Of a stretch of DNA of 64,000 nt, positions 23,201 through 38,122 are shown one piece after another. The stretch comes from Penicillus capitatus (lineage: Eukaryota; Plantae; Chlorophyta), in NCBI GenBank assembly GCA_965649825.1, contig OZ287698.1:1503949-1567948 (forward strand), read 5' to 3'. Position 1 is the first letter of the stretch. Every line of letters starts with the position of its first letter. The notes under the pieces are model-generated. The model saw only the letters and a list, made by a program, of their open reading frames with translations, did not search any database and was not told the DNA's origin. The translations under genes were made by a program, and so were the position numbers.

Positions 23201-24400
23201 TCAATCGATAAGGCACTAAAGATAGAATGCAATAAGGCCTTACGCTGGGCATAACAACAACAACTCAGCTGCTCCAAACACGATCTCTAGGATCGGTGCA
23301 ATGGACTTCAGCTCCGGATCCGTTCGCGACAGAGACACCATGATGCAGCAGATAGACTCGGCAAACTCCAGAACGACCTTCATAGACATATGTTGTTCAG
23401 AACATGAAATGCTCTAATGTGCCTGTTGGTGCACCTCCTTGAGATCAAAAGCTTCAGGACCTTCGATTCGCTCGATCATCAGTCTGACAACTTGACAGAT
23501 CTGCAGATGCGTTGAAAGAACCCTATTGTCAGTCAGAACATGCTCAACCTGCGGGACGATGTCGACGACAGTGTCCTGGTCGGCGCACGGCATTTCTTTC
23601 GTATCTTTCAGGCAGATCCGAGACAGTTTCGCCAGAACCGTCTGCTCTTCCATGTAGTACTGTATATCTGTCAACGTTTTCCGCAACCATTTCTTCAGAA
23701 GCACAAAACGCTGCCCGCTGTGATCGCAGCGAAGAGGGATTTACGGTCATGAGTTTGACGACATGGTTCGGATGCTGCGCTTTGGCTTCCGTAGAGAGTC
23801 GACCAAACTGATCGAGAATGGCCGCATCGAGCTTCTCCTACACAGAGGGCAATCTTCGACAGTCGACAGAAGAACGTCAGACGGTGTGATAGAACGGCGC
23901 AAAGGCCGAGACGAGATCGGACTGAGACGCGCGCTTTTCCATGTTCGCAGATGAATGTCGCTTTGCAAAAACGCAATTGATGAGCTTAAGCAGCAATGTC
24001 ACCGTCGATTTCCATCGCCGTCGAACTTCGAGCATAGAACTCCTTGGCAACAACTCTTCATAGCACCACGTGAAACACGGCAGACAACGGCGTGACCTAT
24101 CCCAGAGGTGAACCGGCGAAACATCGCAGAACACACGTCAATCGGCGAACGAACGCACACCCAGTGCACAACGGACAACAGTTGATCGAACCAGCTTGCG
24201 TTTTCTATGTCCAAGAGTGATAAATCATGATGATGACAACCATTTCTGCGTTATCTTGCTGATTTCCTGATGATAACACGTATATCCATTCTGATGCCGA
24301 CACCTCTGTCATCTCCACGAGATACAGTGCCCAGGATGAGGACACATCATTCATATCTGACGTACGATGATGAATCCAAACTCCGCTTAATGTCTGAGGC
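20263..24400 (-). CDS. Large multi-exon alpha-helical protein, possibly FIRRM/C1orf112 (FLIP)-like; 5' end unresolved
   Basis: Chain of Leu-rich minus-strand exons. Segments CALAGDLWHIIFQKASASFVSHH and a C-terminal TKKAR...SSIESGINVL...LGQKLDSFISSL resemble, from memory, FIRRM/FLIP motifs. The family call is weak; a gene here is well supported. Confidence 0.4.
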
Positions 24401-25020
24401 ACTCAGCGATCACTCTATTCGCGCTCATCGTCGTTGCTGGCCTGCCAACAATGACCCGCTTACAGCCCACAACAGAATGGTCTACTGAAATCTTTTCCTC
24501 GGTTGCTCGTTAGTTTCACAATCGTCTGTCTTAGAATCGATGAGTGATATCACAGAGACAGCTCATTGAGTTAGACGGTACTGTACACACACGCACACAC
24601 AAGAACGACAGAATGCCCATCTGTTTTCGCAGCCGATCAAAACAGTAGAATACAGACTGCAATGAAATGTCAAAACGGTGAAAAGGCACGTATCTCTAAC
24701 AGGACCTGCGCAGCTTCAATTCTCTCAAGCGCGTTTCGACCGTTTCCTCTTGATCAGGGTCCAAAGCTGGAGGATCTGTGTCATACACTTCGGGCGGCCT
24801 TCTCTTTCCACTCTTTGGTCCTGCGTCTGCTACACCCTGGATCGTATATCCAGAAGGCACTGTAAAAAACAGGCCACACAGTAAGATAGAAAATAGATGA
24901 TAGCAGTGACCCGTGCCTGTGTCTGTGATCTCCAGAGGACAGCTTGTATGAATAAGGGAAGGGAAAACGGCATAGTACTCCTGGGTGGTGCGGAGACGAT
25001 GTTTATCGGTCTCATTCATT

Positions 25021-25287
25021 ATGGCGACTTCAGAAGGCGCCTCTTCGAACTCCTCTGTCGAGGGAAAGAGACGGCGTCCTGTCCCGGGAGCGTCTTCGCC
25101 TGGGAAGAGGACACTGTTCTTCAATGGTGCTGTTATCTTTGGTGTTCTCTTTCTGGCTTCATGTCCCAACACGGAGGCCCGCCAAGTCACGACTGTCGGA
25201 GGACGGCGTGAAGTTCCGAGGCGCATCGGCGTCCGCGATGGAAGACCAATAGAGCGCAGCATAGCGATGGCGATCTGTGGAGAATAA
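25021..25287 (+). CDS. Possible 88-aa protein with one hydrophobic segment
   Basis: MATSEGASS...TLFFNGAVIFGVLFLASCPNTEA...; competing frames exist on both strands. Confidence 0.25.
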   Translation: MATSEGASSNSSVEGKRRRPVPGASSPGKRTLFFNGAVIFGVLFLASCPNTEARQVTTVGGRREVPRRIGVRDGRPIERSIAMAICGE

Positions 25288-25294
25288 CAATTAA

Positions 25295-26857
25295 TTACGA
25301 ATCAGATTTGGAGGAGTTGATAAAATAGACGGCAGCCAATGTGACGACGGCGCCGATGAGCTGCGTCGGCGTGAGTGTTTCGTTCAAGACCAGATATCCA
25401 GTCGCTGTTGCGAAGACAGGCGTCAAGAAGGTCAGACTCGATAGTGCTGTGAGATTTCCTTTGGTGGCATTGTAGAAGAAGACACCATAGCTGGCGGCAC
25501 TTCCTATTAAGTGCATAACAAAAGCAATAACTAAGTGTTAGAACATAGATATAGGCTTACCCAAAAGTGTGACATAGGTCAAACCCAACACATCATAGCC
25601 ATTGGCTTGCGATAATCGATCGGCCAGATCTGTGTACTCTTGTGTGAGACAGAGGAGTAAAAGCGGGATGCTGCCAATAATCATGTGCCATCCTGTAGCA
25701 ACAATGGGATCACAGTATCGACTGACCCACCTGGGCCGTCAACAGAAGGCATCATTTATGGCAATCACAGGGATGAAATGCATCACCTGACCATGATGGT
25801 GCCGACAGCCATGCTCTGGGCAGCTAACAACATCCACCATTCACCCCTCTCCCACAGTGAGACGCCCGGTAACGCGTTTAGATCCATGTGCATGCCCTCT
25901 GCGAAGACATCTGATGGTAACTGTAGAAAACACAATCCAGTCACTCCCAGACCTAAACAAAGCACCGTTTGTGCGTGTGCATGAAAAGGCAAGGAGGTGT
26001 TTACCGAGTCCAACAGTGGCGGCAACTGTCAGTCGCTCATTGTAAAAAATCGATGCCAGAAGGGCAACACTCAGTGGCTGTGAGTCGATGATGATGCTAC
26101 CGAGTCCAGCGGTCGTTCTTTGCAGTCCCTCTGCCAGAAACCCCTAAAAACGACGCTCACTCATCGGAACGCATGACTCCTCGCTTTTACTTGGAAGCAG
26201 GCACCGTCGATGATGCCGAACAATGTAATGGCCAGCCAGGCCATTGCCGATGAAGGTTGTGGACGATTCTGCAGAGCGGCCCATGCCAACAGCGCCAATC
26301 CAGCAGGAAACAAACGCACAAACCCGACGAACAACGGACTCGTGTGCGGTGCTGCCAGCTGTGCACCACACAGATCATCACTTCACCTTACGAATTCTCA
26401 TCTCATTGCCACGGACTTTCATCACCACCATGCTCGTCCCCCAGAAAAAGAATGGAGATATCAGCAACAGAATATCGATAAGACGTTCAGCAGGCGACTC
26501 ATCCATCCATGCCGTTGTAGACACGACAGCGTCCTCATCATCAATCAGGCACTCAACTTCTGTTCCTGTGCCGATGCACGTAATATCATCTTTCTCAAAC
26601 TCGACAGAGCTGGCTGGATCACATCGAATGTTCCTTTGTAATGAGAGGTGTATGAGAAGGGTCACTTTGCAGTCCTTCTCGAGAATCGGGGACACAGAAA
26701 CAGCGTCGCTGTCTGGCTGTTCTCCATCCGTACGGAGAGAATTCTGAACAGAGTGGGCCATATGGTGTCGTCGCTGAACGAATGGCAGAGGACCACATCC
26801 TTTGCTGTCGTACAGTTCTGTTGTCTGCATTGTTTCGGCTTCCAAAAATGAAGGCAT
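25295..26857 (-). CDS. EamA/DMT transporter, WAT1-related chloroplastic type
   Basis: Five GT-AG introns join LLISPFFFWGTSMVVMK, IDGACFQGFLAEGLQRTTAGLGSIIIDSQPL, LLAAQSMAVGTIMVRWV, DPIVATGWHMIIG and SSLTFLTPVFA. The start could be the second ATG (~26830). Confidence 0.9.
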
Positions 26858-27924
26858 CTAAAAAGAGTGGCGTCGTCGACTTCACAACGAAAAAGACGCC
26901 CAAAGAGAAGATATTCAGGAAGAGTGAATTGCCAAAACGCCGACCCATGTCGCGCCGGTCACGATCGCTCTGTCTCCATGTCTGTTTCGCCCTATCGTTG
27001 CCTGAAGACGAATGTCGAGGATAGGATCCACATGTGAGTGCTGAAGAGATGGTGTGGCCCGAAGAGTATCAAGCTGTGGGCTCTGTGCAACGCGCAACGA
27101 AGGAGGAACGCCTTTACCATGCTAAACGTGCGGAGAGTGCCATTCCTTTTGGACAGGTAACGAGATCAACACATTGGAACTGCCTGTCTTCTCTTCCTTT
27201 TCGATCTTCTCCCAGTTCGTGCATTCTGTTCTCCACTCCGTTCCTATCGTCACTTATTCCTAAAGAAATCAAATCAGGAGAAGTCAGTTAGCAATGATCG
27301 CTGACATAGGATTCAGTGAGTTTTGTCTCTCGCATATGAGTGTCTCACTGTTAAGGTGATATTCCCCATACCGGAGTCGATGAAGGGATCGTCTTTTGTT
27401 CATTCAAACGGGAGTGGGCAGCAGGCAGCTAACAATACGCGTCTTGTGTGGTTATCTTTCATGGGATAATTGCATGAACTCCTCCCTCTTTCATCGACGT
27501 TTGTACGGAAGGCGGAAACCGATGCAGGATATTCAGCTAGCAGTCTACTCGTTAGGCATTGTCCATATAGATGGACGACAGTCACCTTTGAATGGCACAT
27601 CATTGAAAGCCTGACAGGTTCATAGTATGAGAAGGGAGATGACGATCCGAAGAAGTCTGCATTGAGAATGGCGACAACATTCGGTCAGCCTTTAAGAACT
27701 GCAAACAGAGATTTTGTGTTCCGTTGCCTATGTCCACATGCATTGTTGTCTGCCGCAGGGGAATGCTATCATAAAGATGTTCTGTTTCATTGCACATTCT
27801 TTCTTGTTTCTTCGCAACTCTCCTGTGGGACATCACCCGATGCACACAGAACATGCACGATACAATGAATAACGGACAGCCTGTGTATGGTACATGCAAG
27901 AATGAACACAGATCATGTTTTTAG

Positions 27925-29837
27925 ACAAAGGATCGAAGTCAAGAATCCAAGAAGAAAAAGCGCCGCACATCATTCAAGGCAGTGACGGTAAGTAATAGCA
28001 CGTCCATGGCAATGAGTGTCGTATGTGTGTTCTGCTCAGACCGAAACAGAAGGCACAGCCGATGGGGACATGGACGTCAAGATGAACAAAGGAACGACAG
28101 AGAGTTCTGCAGTGATCCGTAGACCGACGTGGAAAGAGATCTTCAATTCGGAGACACTAGCGACATTTCCCACAGAGATTCGAAAGTGATCTCCAGTCCA
28201 CCATACGAGTCTACCATGGCCTGGCCTTGCCCTCGTGCAGATACATGGCGTCTGAAGGTTTTGTAGATGCAACTCCTGTACAGCGAGCGTGTTGGAAAAC
28301 AATGCCCGAAGGCAAAAACTGCCGAGTTGTTTCGCAGCCGGGTACAGGAAAAACGCTGGCCTTTCTGCTTCCAATCGCCCATAGACTCAAACACATGTCT
28401 TTGGAGCCAAGTACATGGAAACAGAGATGTTGCACAACACTGAAGAGTGTGCTCAGATGCCGGTGCACACGCTCTGGTGTTTGTGCCCACAAGGGAATTG
28501 GCTGAACAGATCTTCACTGTGAGCGAGAAACTGCGGAAGCTCTTTCGGCTAACGACAGCATCGGCTTGCGGAGGCATGCCAATAGCCGAGCAGGTTTTCG
28601 TCATGATCTCTATCTTTCTTGGTGGGAGCTGCTATCCAGATTCAAGCGATCCAGAATGGAGCCGATATCATTGTTGGTACTCCCGGTCGCTGTGTCGAAC
28701 TGCTTTACGACAAACACATACATCTGAGTAATGCCTTAACGCTTCTGCAGAAGTCACAGAAACGCTTTTCCACGAAGATCATCTGAAGGTCGTTATATTG
28801 GACGAAGCCGATAAGATGCTGTCCGGTGACCTAGGTCGACAACTGGAAGGGCTAAAAGAATTCGTTCTGACGCCATCTCTCACAGAATCTCGTCCACAGG
28901 TGCGTCATGAAGGAGATATCAGTTTACCTTCGTCATTCCATTCGAATTCTGAAGGTCTGCGTTTTCAGTGCCACACTGCCACAAGAGATGGATACCGTTC
29001 TTCAAGAGTGGATCGGATCGGATGCTGTTTCTCTGTCTTTTTCGACAGATGCGCATCTCGTGAGTCCGACCATTACCCAAATCGTACACGTCTGTGCCGA
29101 ACACAAGAAACTGACAAAACTGCGCAAGTACTTGGCGAAGATCAGAGATCAACATCGTCACGAGAGAACGCAGCCCCGCATCCTAATCTTTGCCAATACC
29201 ATTAAGAAAGTCCGTTCGATCCACACAGAACTTCATCAAAGCGGATGTCGAACGGCAATGCTGCACGGCAAGAGAACGCAACAAGAGCGATCCGAAGCGA
29301 TGAGCAGTTTTCGGTAAGGCAACACACGAGCAGACATAAACATGCTGATGACGGCTCCTTAGGACGGGTCGGGTTCAGATCCTGGTCGCAACGGATGTCG
29401 CTGGTCGTGGATTAGACGTGAAGAATCTTCCTCATGTGGTGAACTATGATTTTCCTTCCAATCTCGAGACCTATATTCATCGAATTGGCCGTACGGGTCG
29501 GCTGGCCACCAACGGCCATGCTTTTAGCTTCTTCACGAGAAATCTGGCGCCGATGGCTAAAGATCTCATTGCCCTTCTGCAACATCATCGACAGAACATC
29601 GATCCCCATCTCCATACCCTTCAGCAGTCTTACATAGAGGCGGCTCAGTTCATGGAAAAGATGGAAGAAATTGAACGCGAGGATGAAGGCACGACAGATG
29701 TCATCACCACACAGGAGGATCTCTCCTCGGACAAGCCACTGCTGGACAGCCTGAGTGATGTTTTGCAATCCAAGAAGCGCCAGAGAAGAGACACAGTGTG
29801 TGCAGCCCGGACGGTCATTGCCAAGAAGCGAGGCTGA
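27925..29837 (+). CDS. DEAD-box RNA helicase; 5' end unresolved
   Basis: Spliced motifs [33 protein letters not shown] and HRIGRTGR. Confidence 0.92.
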
Positions 29838-29995
29838 TGTCGAGTCGTTGAAGGATGTGACGTCTCCTCTTGATGACTGTGCTCTTTTATCGTGTTGTCT
29901 GGCTGACGGTCATTCGCGCTTCGATTCATTGACCCCAACGGCGTCGATAGCTGTTTTTCAGAGCCGCCATTCGAACGTCTGTGTTCGACGCCAAA

Positions 29996-30959
<964 letters not shown>

Positions 30960-31264
30960 ACGGTGCGTGAAGGCGCAGCATTTTTGTGAACGTTATGCAT
31001 TTGAGCGTTCGTTTGTGCAGCGCAGGAAGACGAGCAGGCGGAAATTTCTATTCGATTAAGGAGAACACTGATGCCGACGATGTGAATTCGGAGTGAGTGA
31101 ACGTGTGTTTGTTGTTTTTCCAACTGCTTCCATCAATTCGCGACAGTCTTATGACGCACAAGACATGAAAATCTAAATGGACACAACTGCCTGCAAGGCA
31201 TTCCTGCAATCTCTCTGGACGGAAATGTCCGGCAACGATCGGACGATCACCTCGCCGTCCACAG

Positions 31265-32976
31265 TCACTCTTCTTCAGAATTCGAATGCGAAAGAGTGAG
31301 ATGATCGATTCCTTCGATCTCCTTCATCAACTCTCGATCGATCGATTCCGTCAGCCGTCTCGCCATCGAATGGATGTCAGATCCATCATCCGTCTCTTCT
31401 TCCCACGCTTCGTCGGATATCGTCGATGGTTGCTGTTGCAGACGTGGCGTCTGTGGAGACGACAGGGCAGAGAGTGTTGACAGCAAGGTGGAGGAATGGC
31501 TTAGATCGTGATCATTGATTGGAATGCGCTTTGACTGTTCGAGCTGTTTCCTAAACGCCTCTTCCTGCTGCGTCATAGCTCTCCGCACACTCGACAGCGC
31601 ATTTCGGACCATATCCCGTTGCTTCTGTATTCTGAACGCTCGTGAGATTTTCTCCTGCCAAACAGACAGTTGGAGATGACATGACGTTTCGCGTGGAGTG
31701 AAAAGACAGCTGACTTCGAATGCGGCATTCTGCTGTTCCAGACCCATGGCATCGCGTTCTTGCTTTTCTGCCAATCGTTTTCGCACATTCTCTTGATACT
31801 CACGCGCTTTCTCTGCCTTGATACGTATGGCCTCCTCCTTTTCCTGCGACATCGAATGGGATGACATCTTTCAGCGTTTGTCGCATGTTACCTGCTGTAC
31901 GTGCTGCAGGGTGCGTTCCTTCTGCTCTAGTTTCATCGCCAGACGCCTTTGTCTTTCTTCTTCGCAACGAAGAGATTTATCCAGTGCGTCCTTTTGTCGA
32001 TGGATCTCTGCCATGTGCTTCTGATAACTCTGCAAACGTCGCTCCCTTTCCATTAACTATCGCACACAACGGTCTCACACAAAATCGATTCCGCGCTCGA
32101 TGACACACGTGATGCCGCTTGGCGAGTTTCCGATCGACTTCTTCCTGTTTCGTAAACATCGCCGTGCGTTTCTCTTCGATCAGGTGCGCGCTCTGCCTCT
32201 TTACGATATCGCGTTTTTGCTGCCGCCTGCTAAATAACCTTCGTTCTAGCGTCCACTGTCTTTTCCTCCGGTTAGCCATGATTTCCTGTTTCGAACAGTC
32301 TTGTTCGTCGAGAGTATGTGTGACGTACGGATCGTCGTCTGGCGTTTTCCTGTTTCCGCTGGTGTCGCATCAGATCCTCCAACCGTTTCTCCTCTGCCTG
32401 ATTCTGATTCTGTTCGCGACGAGCGTCGGTTTCGGCTCTGGACGCAGCGAGACATCCTCGTTGAGTGCCATCGACATCGGCGACATTTCACTTTCGTCGA
32501 GCGCGATCGCGCATGCTCTCTTCGCGTTCCAGCTGTTTACGTGTTTCTCTTTCTCGACTCTGTTCATCTTTCTGTCTCCACCTGTCATCGCGTTGTCGTG
32601 CATATTCTGCTTGTTTCTGCAACTGCGAGACATTCCACGCGATCGATGAGCATGATACCGCGACAAACGCACGCACTTGTTGCAAACGTCTGAGCTGTCG
32701 AAGCTGCGATCTCTCGGCGCTTTTCTTCAATTCTTCGAGCACACTAAACGGGCACTGTCTCGAGGTGATGGTCTCGGGGCAATACGAACGCGGGAGGAAG
32801 TCCTTCCAGTGGTCGTGTCGACGAAGCTTCCATTGATAACCCCGATCATCCAACTTCGAAAAACGTTCGCGTTCTATCTCCGGTGTCGAGGAGGTCGACA
32901 AGAGATCTCTCGATGAAGAACAAACGACAGCTCCGAGAATCGAATCGCGTGTCCTTTCTCTAAAGCGGAACCGCAC
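31265..32976 (-). CDS. Multi-exon Glu/Arg/Gln-rich coiled-coil protein of unknown function; 5' end unresolved
   Basis: Successive charged helical exons (ELKKSAERSQLRQLRRLQQ, KQAEYARQRDDRW, ERERRLQSYQKHMAE, EKAREYQENVRKRLAEKQ). Confidence 0.6.
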
Positions 32977-33477
32977 CAGCTTCGGAAAACGGATCTTTCC
33001 GTACCGATTCTTGGATGCGTCGAACGTCGCGTGCGTCTTTGTGTCGGAGAGACGATGGTGGACAGAGTCTGTTTACACCGTCGACCGGAATCTGTATCGT
33101 GTCCAAAAACTAGACCCCTTCGCTTTGTCAGCGTCTGTTCTTATCGCTTTGTGATCTGGAGCAGACCGAAAGGCACAAGTGTCTCGATGCAACCATCGTC
33201 GCGGCGTCGACGGATGCGTCGAATGAGGAGAAACGTCGCCTAGTTTAGCGCCTCTCGGATGACGCTTTTCGTGGCATGAAAACCGTGTTCCTTCTGTACG
33301 TAGGCATTCCGTGAGCGCTCTCTACGAGGTGAGGTTTAACTATTGTATTTCGCTGCCGTCCTAGATCCTTTTCGTCTTGAGGTCACGAAGACGAGAGTTT
33401 CACGAGCCTGTATGATTTTGACATTCGCGATTCGGCGTTGAGGAGCATGAAGCCTTTACACGTGCCACGATTACTGG

Positions 33478-35920
33478 AACGATGGCGGCGACCCACCGCA
33501 ATTCGTTCGGTAAAGAGAGATCGCTCAATGCTGTTTGCCAATCAATCGCAATGATGTCCTCAGGCGGAGTGAAGGAACGGCGGTAGCATTGAATAATGTA
33601 AAAGCATCGTCACCAAAGCTCGACACCGATCCTAAGTGCTTCGCAGCCTTTGTCCCTGTCATCCGCGCGCTGTCGAATCGACGCCATTCTCTCTGTGATG
33701 GAGACATTAAACAGGAACCTGTCATTTTGGCCTGATCTGTCGCCGACGAACCCCGATTCGTGTACGTCATCGGTAGACAGTCATTCATGTATCATGTGTC
33801 TGTCACATCATCCACATGCCAAAGCGGAATACATGTTTGGACAGAATTGGCTCTGTGCTATCGAGAGATGACGAAGTCCATCGATCGAAATCACTTGTTA
33901 ACATTTGAACAAAAAGGGTTCTACAGCACCCTTACGCCATTGTACACACACTGTAGACCTCAAGAGAGAGAGAGAAGTCAAATAAAAACCCCACATGACG
34001 CTTCGAATCATTTGGTGTGGATTTCTTCAGAATGCATGCATGCATGCCATAGGACGATTTCTAGTCTTTTCACGTATGGCCAATCTATTAGGGTCAACCA
34101 CATTGAGAACGTCGAATGCGCTGTTCAGCGGATAGACAGACATGCATTCGAATCTGTCAGCTCAACTGGGAAGTCTGCTAATTCTTACTAAAGTCTGAGC
34201 GATTGAGGTGCGTCCATGTCTCCGCCTCTGATCAAAAAAAACATGACGCCTGGACATTCTCTACGGCGACCTCTGGAGAATGTCCAGACGATGTCAAGGA
34301 TTACAGGAAAGCTGTCTGCAGAAGCAGGTGACAGACATAGAAGAACAAGCACGGGTCTGGCATTTGACAACACCAAAGTATCGGAATGAAGTTACCATCG
34401 ACAGTCCGGAGACCATCGGCGAGATCTTCATCTTCGATCTGGCCATTCTCGTCCACTTCGCTCAAGAATTGCAGAATCATCCATCCCAACGAGAATCAAC
34501 CAGCCCTCTTTTGAAATCTCACATCAGCTCGTCGTTCTCCTCAATTCTGTAAACGACTGATGACCCGTAATTTAAACAATTGCTCGTGTGGTAGTCATGC
34601 CGTCCACGTCGGAGACAGCTTGCCATGGCGACGTGACACAGCACAGCACTTGCTGCATGCAGCAAGACATTTCCAAGGCACGATGGCTACTCATGATCGC
34701 CGTCCACTTCGCATCATTCATGGCAGATGCTTTGGTCGAGATCTCGAGATTCAGGGATGCAGCAACGTAGCATCCGACAACGTTGTCTGGCGGTGTCATC
34801 AATGTCTTTAATGTGGAAAACGAAGCGACAGGGCACGTCGAACGTGCGGTTGTCAGAGAGCCGCGGCACTGTCATGCTTCACCCGATTTACAGCATATCT
34901 CCTCCTATCCCCACACACGCGCTAACCCTAGACACCTATTGAGCACTCAGCATAACCTCAAACTGTCCTTGGACCCGAGTTTTGAATAAAGACGTATGCA
35001 ACGCGAGCCTTATGTACTGAGACAAACACTCTCTTGTGTCCGCAGACGACATTCAGATGCCAGAAAGTGTCAGTAGAAGGGCGCTTTCCCTCCTGCGCAT
35101 CGTCATTGACGACATCCATCATATCAAACCGCCGCTCAGACGATGCATACGAAGATATCAGTACTTGCGATTAGCAGGTCACTCTCTTTGATGTGACCTT
35201 TGCTGTCGATTATGAACAATGATGTGATTGGGCAGTTGTTATGGAAGAGCGTTTGCTGCTTCCTTATGTGACACCCAAGGAAGTGGAAAACGGGGAATTG
35301 GAATTCGATAGGCAGATACTGTTGTAGGATGCATTCCCCATAACATCATGCATTCCTGTTAAAATGTGTATGTCTGTGCAGACCCTTCAAAGAAAACTTA
35401 AAGTTCGTCTTTTTCCATTTGTACGATGTCAATCCCACGCATGGCTATCCTCATATCTTAGCATCAGGCACAGCATCCGGCCCCTTCCCCCTTCGTACTG
35501 ACGCCGTGTCACCTAGGTCGCATTTCGATGCAGGAGATTTGCTCCGACAATTCAATCTGGACAATGTCGTTGTTGAAGAATGGTTCTCAGGCCTGCAAGA
35601 TTTCGTTTCTCACTGAGATTCTGGCTCCCATAGAGCAAACAGGTTGGATCATGTGTATCTGCGATGACAGCATACGCTTACTTTGGTTTTTTGGTGGACG
35701 TGTAGCAGAGGAGTCTTTTTACTATGCGCCTAGATTCTCCTCTCCAGTGAAGGAGGCAGCGATGGCCGTGCGTCGCGTCACCCATCCAGCACGCCAGTTG
35801 TGTCAGTCCGTTGTCGTGCAGACAATCGCTTTCCCTTTACGCACCAGCTCCCTCTTGGCCAGTGTGTTCCACCATCTTTTACACACTTTTTTCCCAAAGG
35901 CATTTGACGAATCCATCTGA
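33478..35920 (+). CDS. Multi-exon gene of unknown function; exon chain only partly resolved
   Basis: The 3' part splices to DDIQMPESVSRRALSLLRIV...LAVVMEERLLLPYV...EFDR|PFKENLKFVFFHLY...EEWFSGLQDFV, with a probable GC-AG intron at 35312-35381. A frame break near 35607 precedes TEILAPIEQ...FFPKAFDESI*. Confidence 0.35.
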
Positions 35921-36555
35921 GAAGAACAGACGTCCGCTGTTATGTGCACTGCGGAATGGTGTTATTGCTGTGGAATGGAAGAGGTCATAGGGGATAGGTC
36001 TGGTTGTCGGACATGGTGGATAAAGGCAGCAGCAAGACGAAAGCGCGTAGAAATGTAGTCTTAGACCGGCCTTGTGTGCTGATGTAGCCTGTCATAGAAC
36101 GGCTTGGCAACCAACCACTTCTTTTTCTAATCCGTTTTGTTATTTGATGATATCCCCATGCCGTATTGTTAGCATCTCATACTCCAGGCCGACGTCCCCA
36201 TGTGGTGGTGGTGGCGGCAATGGTTTGATTTTAAGTGACTCTTTTTTTGTATCAATCCACAGATCGGCCGGTCCATCGGTCTATCAACTGAGTCGCCCTG
36301 AGTCGATCAGCCAACCGACTCTGGTGAAACTGATGGAAGTGGCGGCTCGATGCGTTCGATCATCCGTCCGTCTTCTTTCATGATGATAATGGCTGACACT
36401 CGGCTCTATTAGTTTGTTCGTGGCGTTCGTTTGAATAGTCTCTGTTTGTCGTTCAGGCAGACGCGTACCGCATAGCATTGCTCGTACCCGATTGTGGCAT
36501 TCGCATCGCGTTTTGTTTCTCTTCGAACTTCTGCGTTTGTTCGTGCGTTTTGAAG

Positions 36556-37606
36556 ATGGCTGGTTCCGGTACCGCTGATCGCGAAGAGTGCGTTTTTATG
36601 GCCAAGTTGGCGGAACAGGCCGAACGATACGACGAGATGGTGGAAGAGGTCCGCAAGATCGCCAAGATGGTCGAGGACCAGCAGCTGACGGTGGAAGAAC
36701 GCAATCTTCTCTCCGTCGCTTACAAAAACGTTATCGGTTCGCGCCGTGCCTCTTGGAGAATTGTTTCGAGCATCGAGCACAAAGAAGAGAGCAAGGGAAA
36801 CGCAGAACATGTCGCCCGCATTCGCAAGTATCGAGAAGTCGTAAGCTGTCTCAACTTCACGCCGCCTGCCTTGTCGGTCAGCGTTGCCTAGATTGAAAAA
36901 GAGCTGGGTACCATCTGCACAAACATTCTCGAACTGCTGGACGAATTTCTGATTCCGACGGCCAGCACCGGAGAGTCCAAAGTATTCTATCTGAAGATGA
37001 AAGGGGACTATCACAGATACCTTGCCGAGTTCAAATCGGGGACAGACAAGAAGGACAGCGCTGACCTCACACTCAATGCTTACAAGGAAGCACAAGTGTG
37101 TTTGAGGGAGAGGCTATCGTGGGCAGAGGAGTAACGTGTGTGTGCGTGCAATGGCTAGGAAATTGCCTTGTTGGAATTGGCTCCGACACACCCCATTCGT
37201 CTGGGACTGGCACTGAACTTCTCTGTTTTCTACTATGAAATTCTCAATTCACCCGAAAGAGCATGTCACCTGGCCAAACAGGCAACGATGCAGATGCGTG
37301 GGAGATCAGATTCTTGGAGATCTCTGTTTGCTGCTGCAGGCCTTTGACGAAGCGATTGCCGAACTGGACACTTTGGGAGAGGATTCGTACAAAGACAGCA
37401 CGCTCATCATGCAACTACTCCGAGATAACCTGACCTTGTGGACATCTGACATGCAGGTCGATAAGATCCGGTCACTGTCCGTGATGTGACTGACAGATGT
37501 GTACTGTCCTGTCACTGGCAATCGTATACAGGATCAGGAAGCAGACGGCGACAAGGCAAAGAAAGAGAACGATGAGGGTGGAGAGGGGTTGCCAAAAGCA
37601 GAGTGA
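36556..37606 (+). CDS. 14-3-3 protein, paralog A
   Basis: [76 protein letters not shown]; four introns, the third GC-AG (37282-37339). Confidence 0.97.
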
Positions 37607-38072
37607 ATGTAAGATCGGTCCATCACCCAATCTATGCATCCGTCCATCATCTTCCATGTCTTTGGTTTGGGAGTGTCGAGAACGCACATATCGTTTTTCA
37701 GAATGTCTGGTTTTCGAGACAGCTTTTTGTTTTGGCATGATTTTGTCGAAAATGAGGCAAATCTCTTTATTATAACAAGAAATTGGCATCCCCATCAACG
37801 ATGATGTGAACACAGGGTTTGTTGGTGGATGAAACAATGATCATCAACTTCCGAGACGATGATACAAGAACAGACATTAGGATTCCTCTTTGCTGAAAGA
37901 CATCGCTGAATCGACCGTTTATTGTTCTGGGATGCTTGTTATGAAACAATGAGGTTTGGTGGTGGTGGCGGTGGTGGCGGTGATGGAACAGACTGTCTGT
38001 CTGCTGTCTAAAAGAATGACTCCTTGAGCATCTCATTTATTGTTGCTGTACATGCATGCGTACACACATAGT

Positions 38073-38122
38073 CTAATCTATCTATCTATCTGCCTGCCTA
38101 CCAACTTACCTGCCTACCCTGC
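38073..38122. repeat. Degenerate tetranucleotide microsatellite (tcta/ctgc/ctac)
   Basis: ctaatctatctatctatctgcctgcctaccaacttacctgcctaccctgc, between the two 14-3-3 genes. Confidence 0.6.

Noticed and set aside
35500-35700. TMEM209-like EEWxxxLxxF...LxP motif
   Set aside because: Only one short motif fits and the surrounding order does not; the gene is left as unknown. The adjacent frame break may be an assembly indel or a missed intron.
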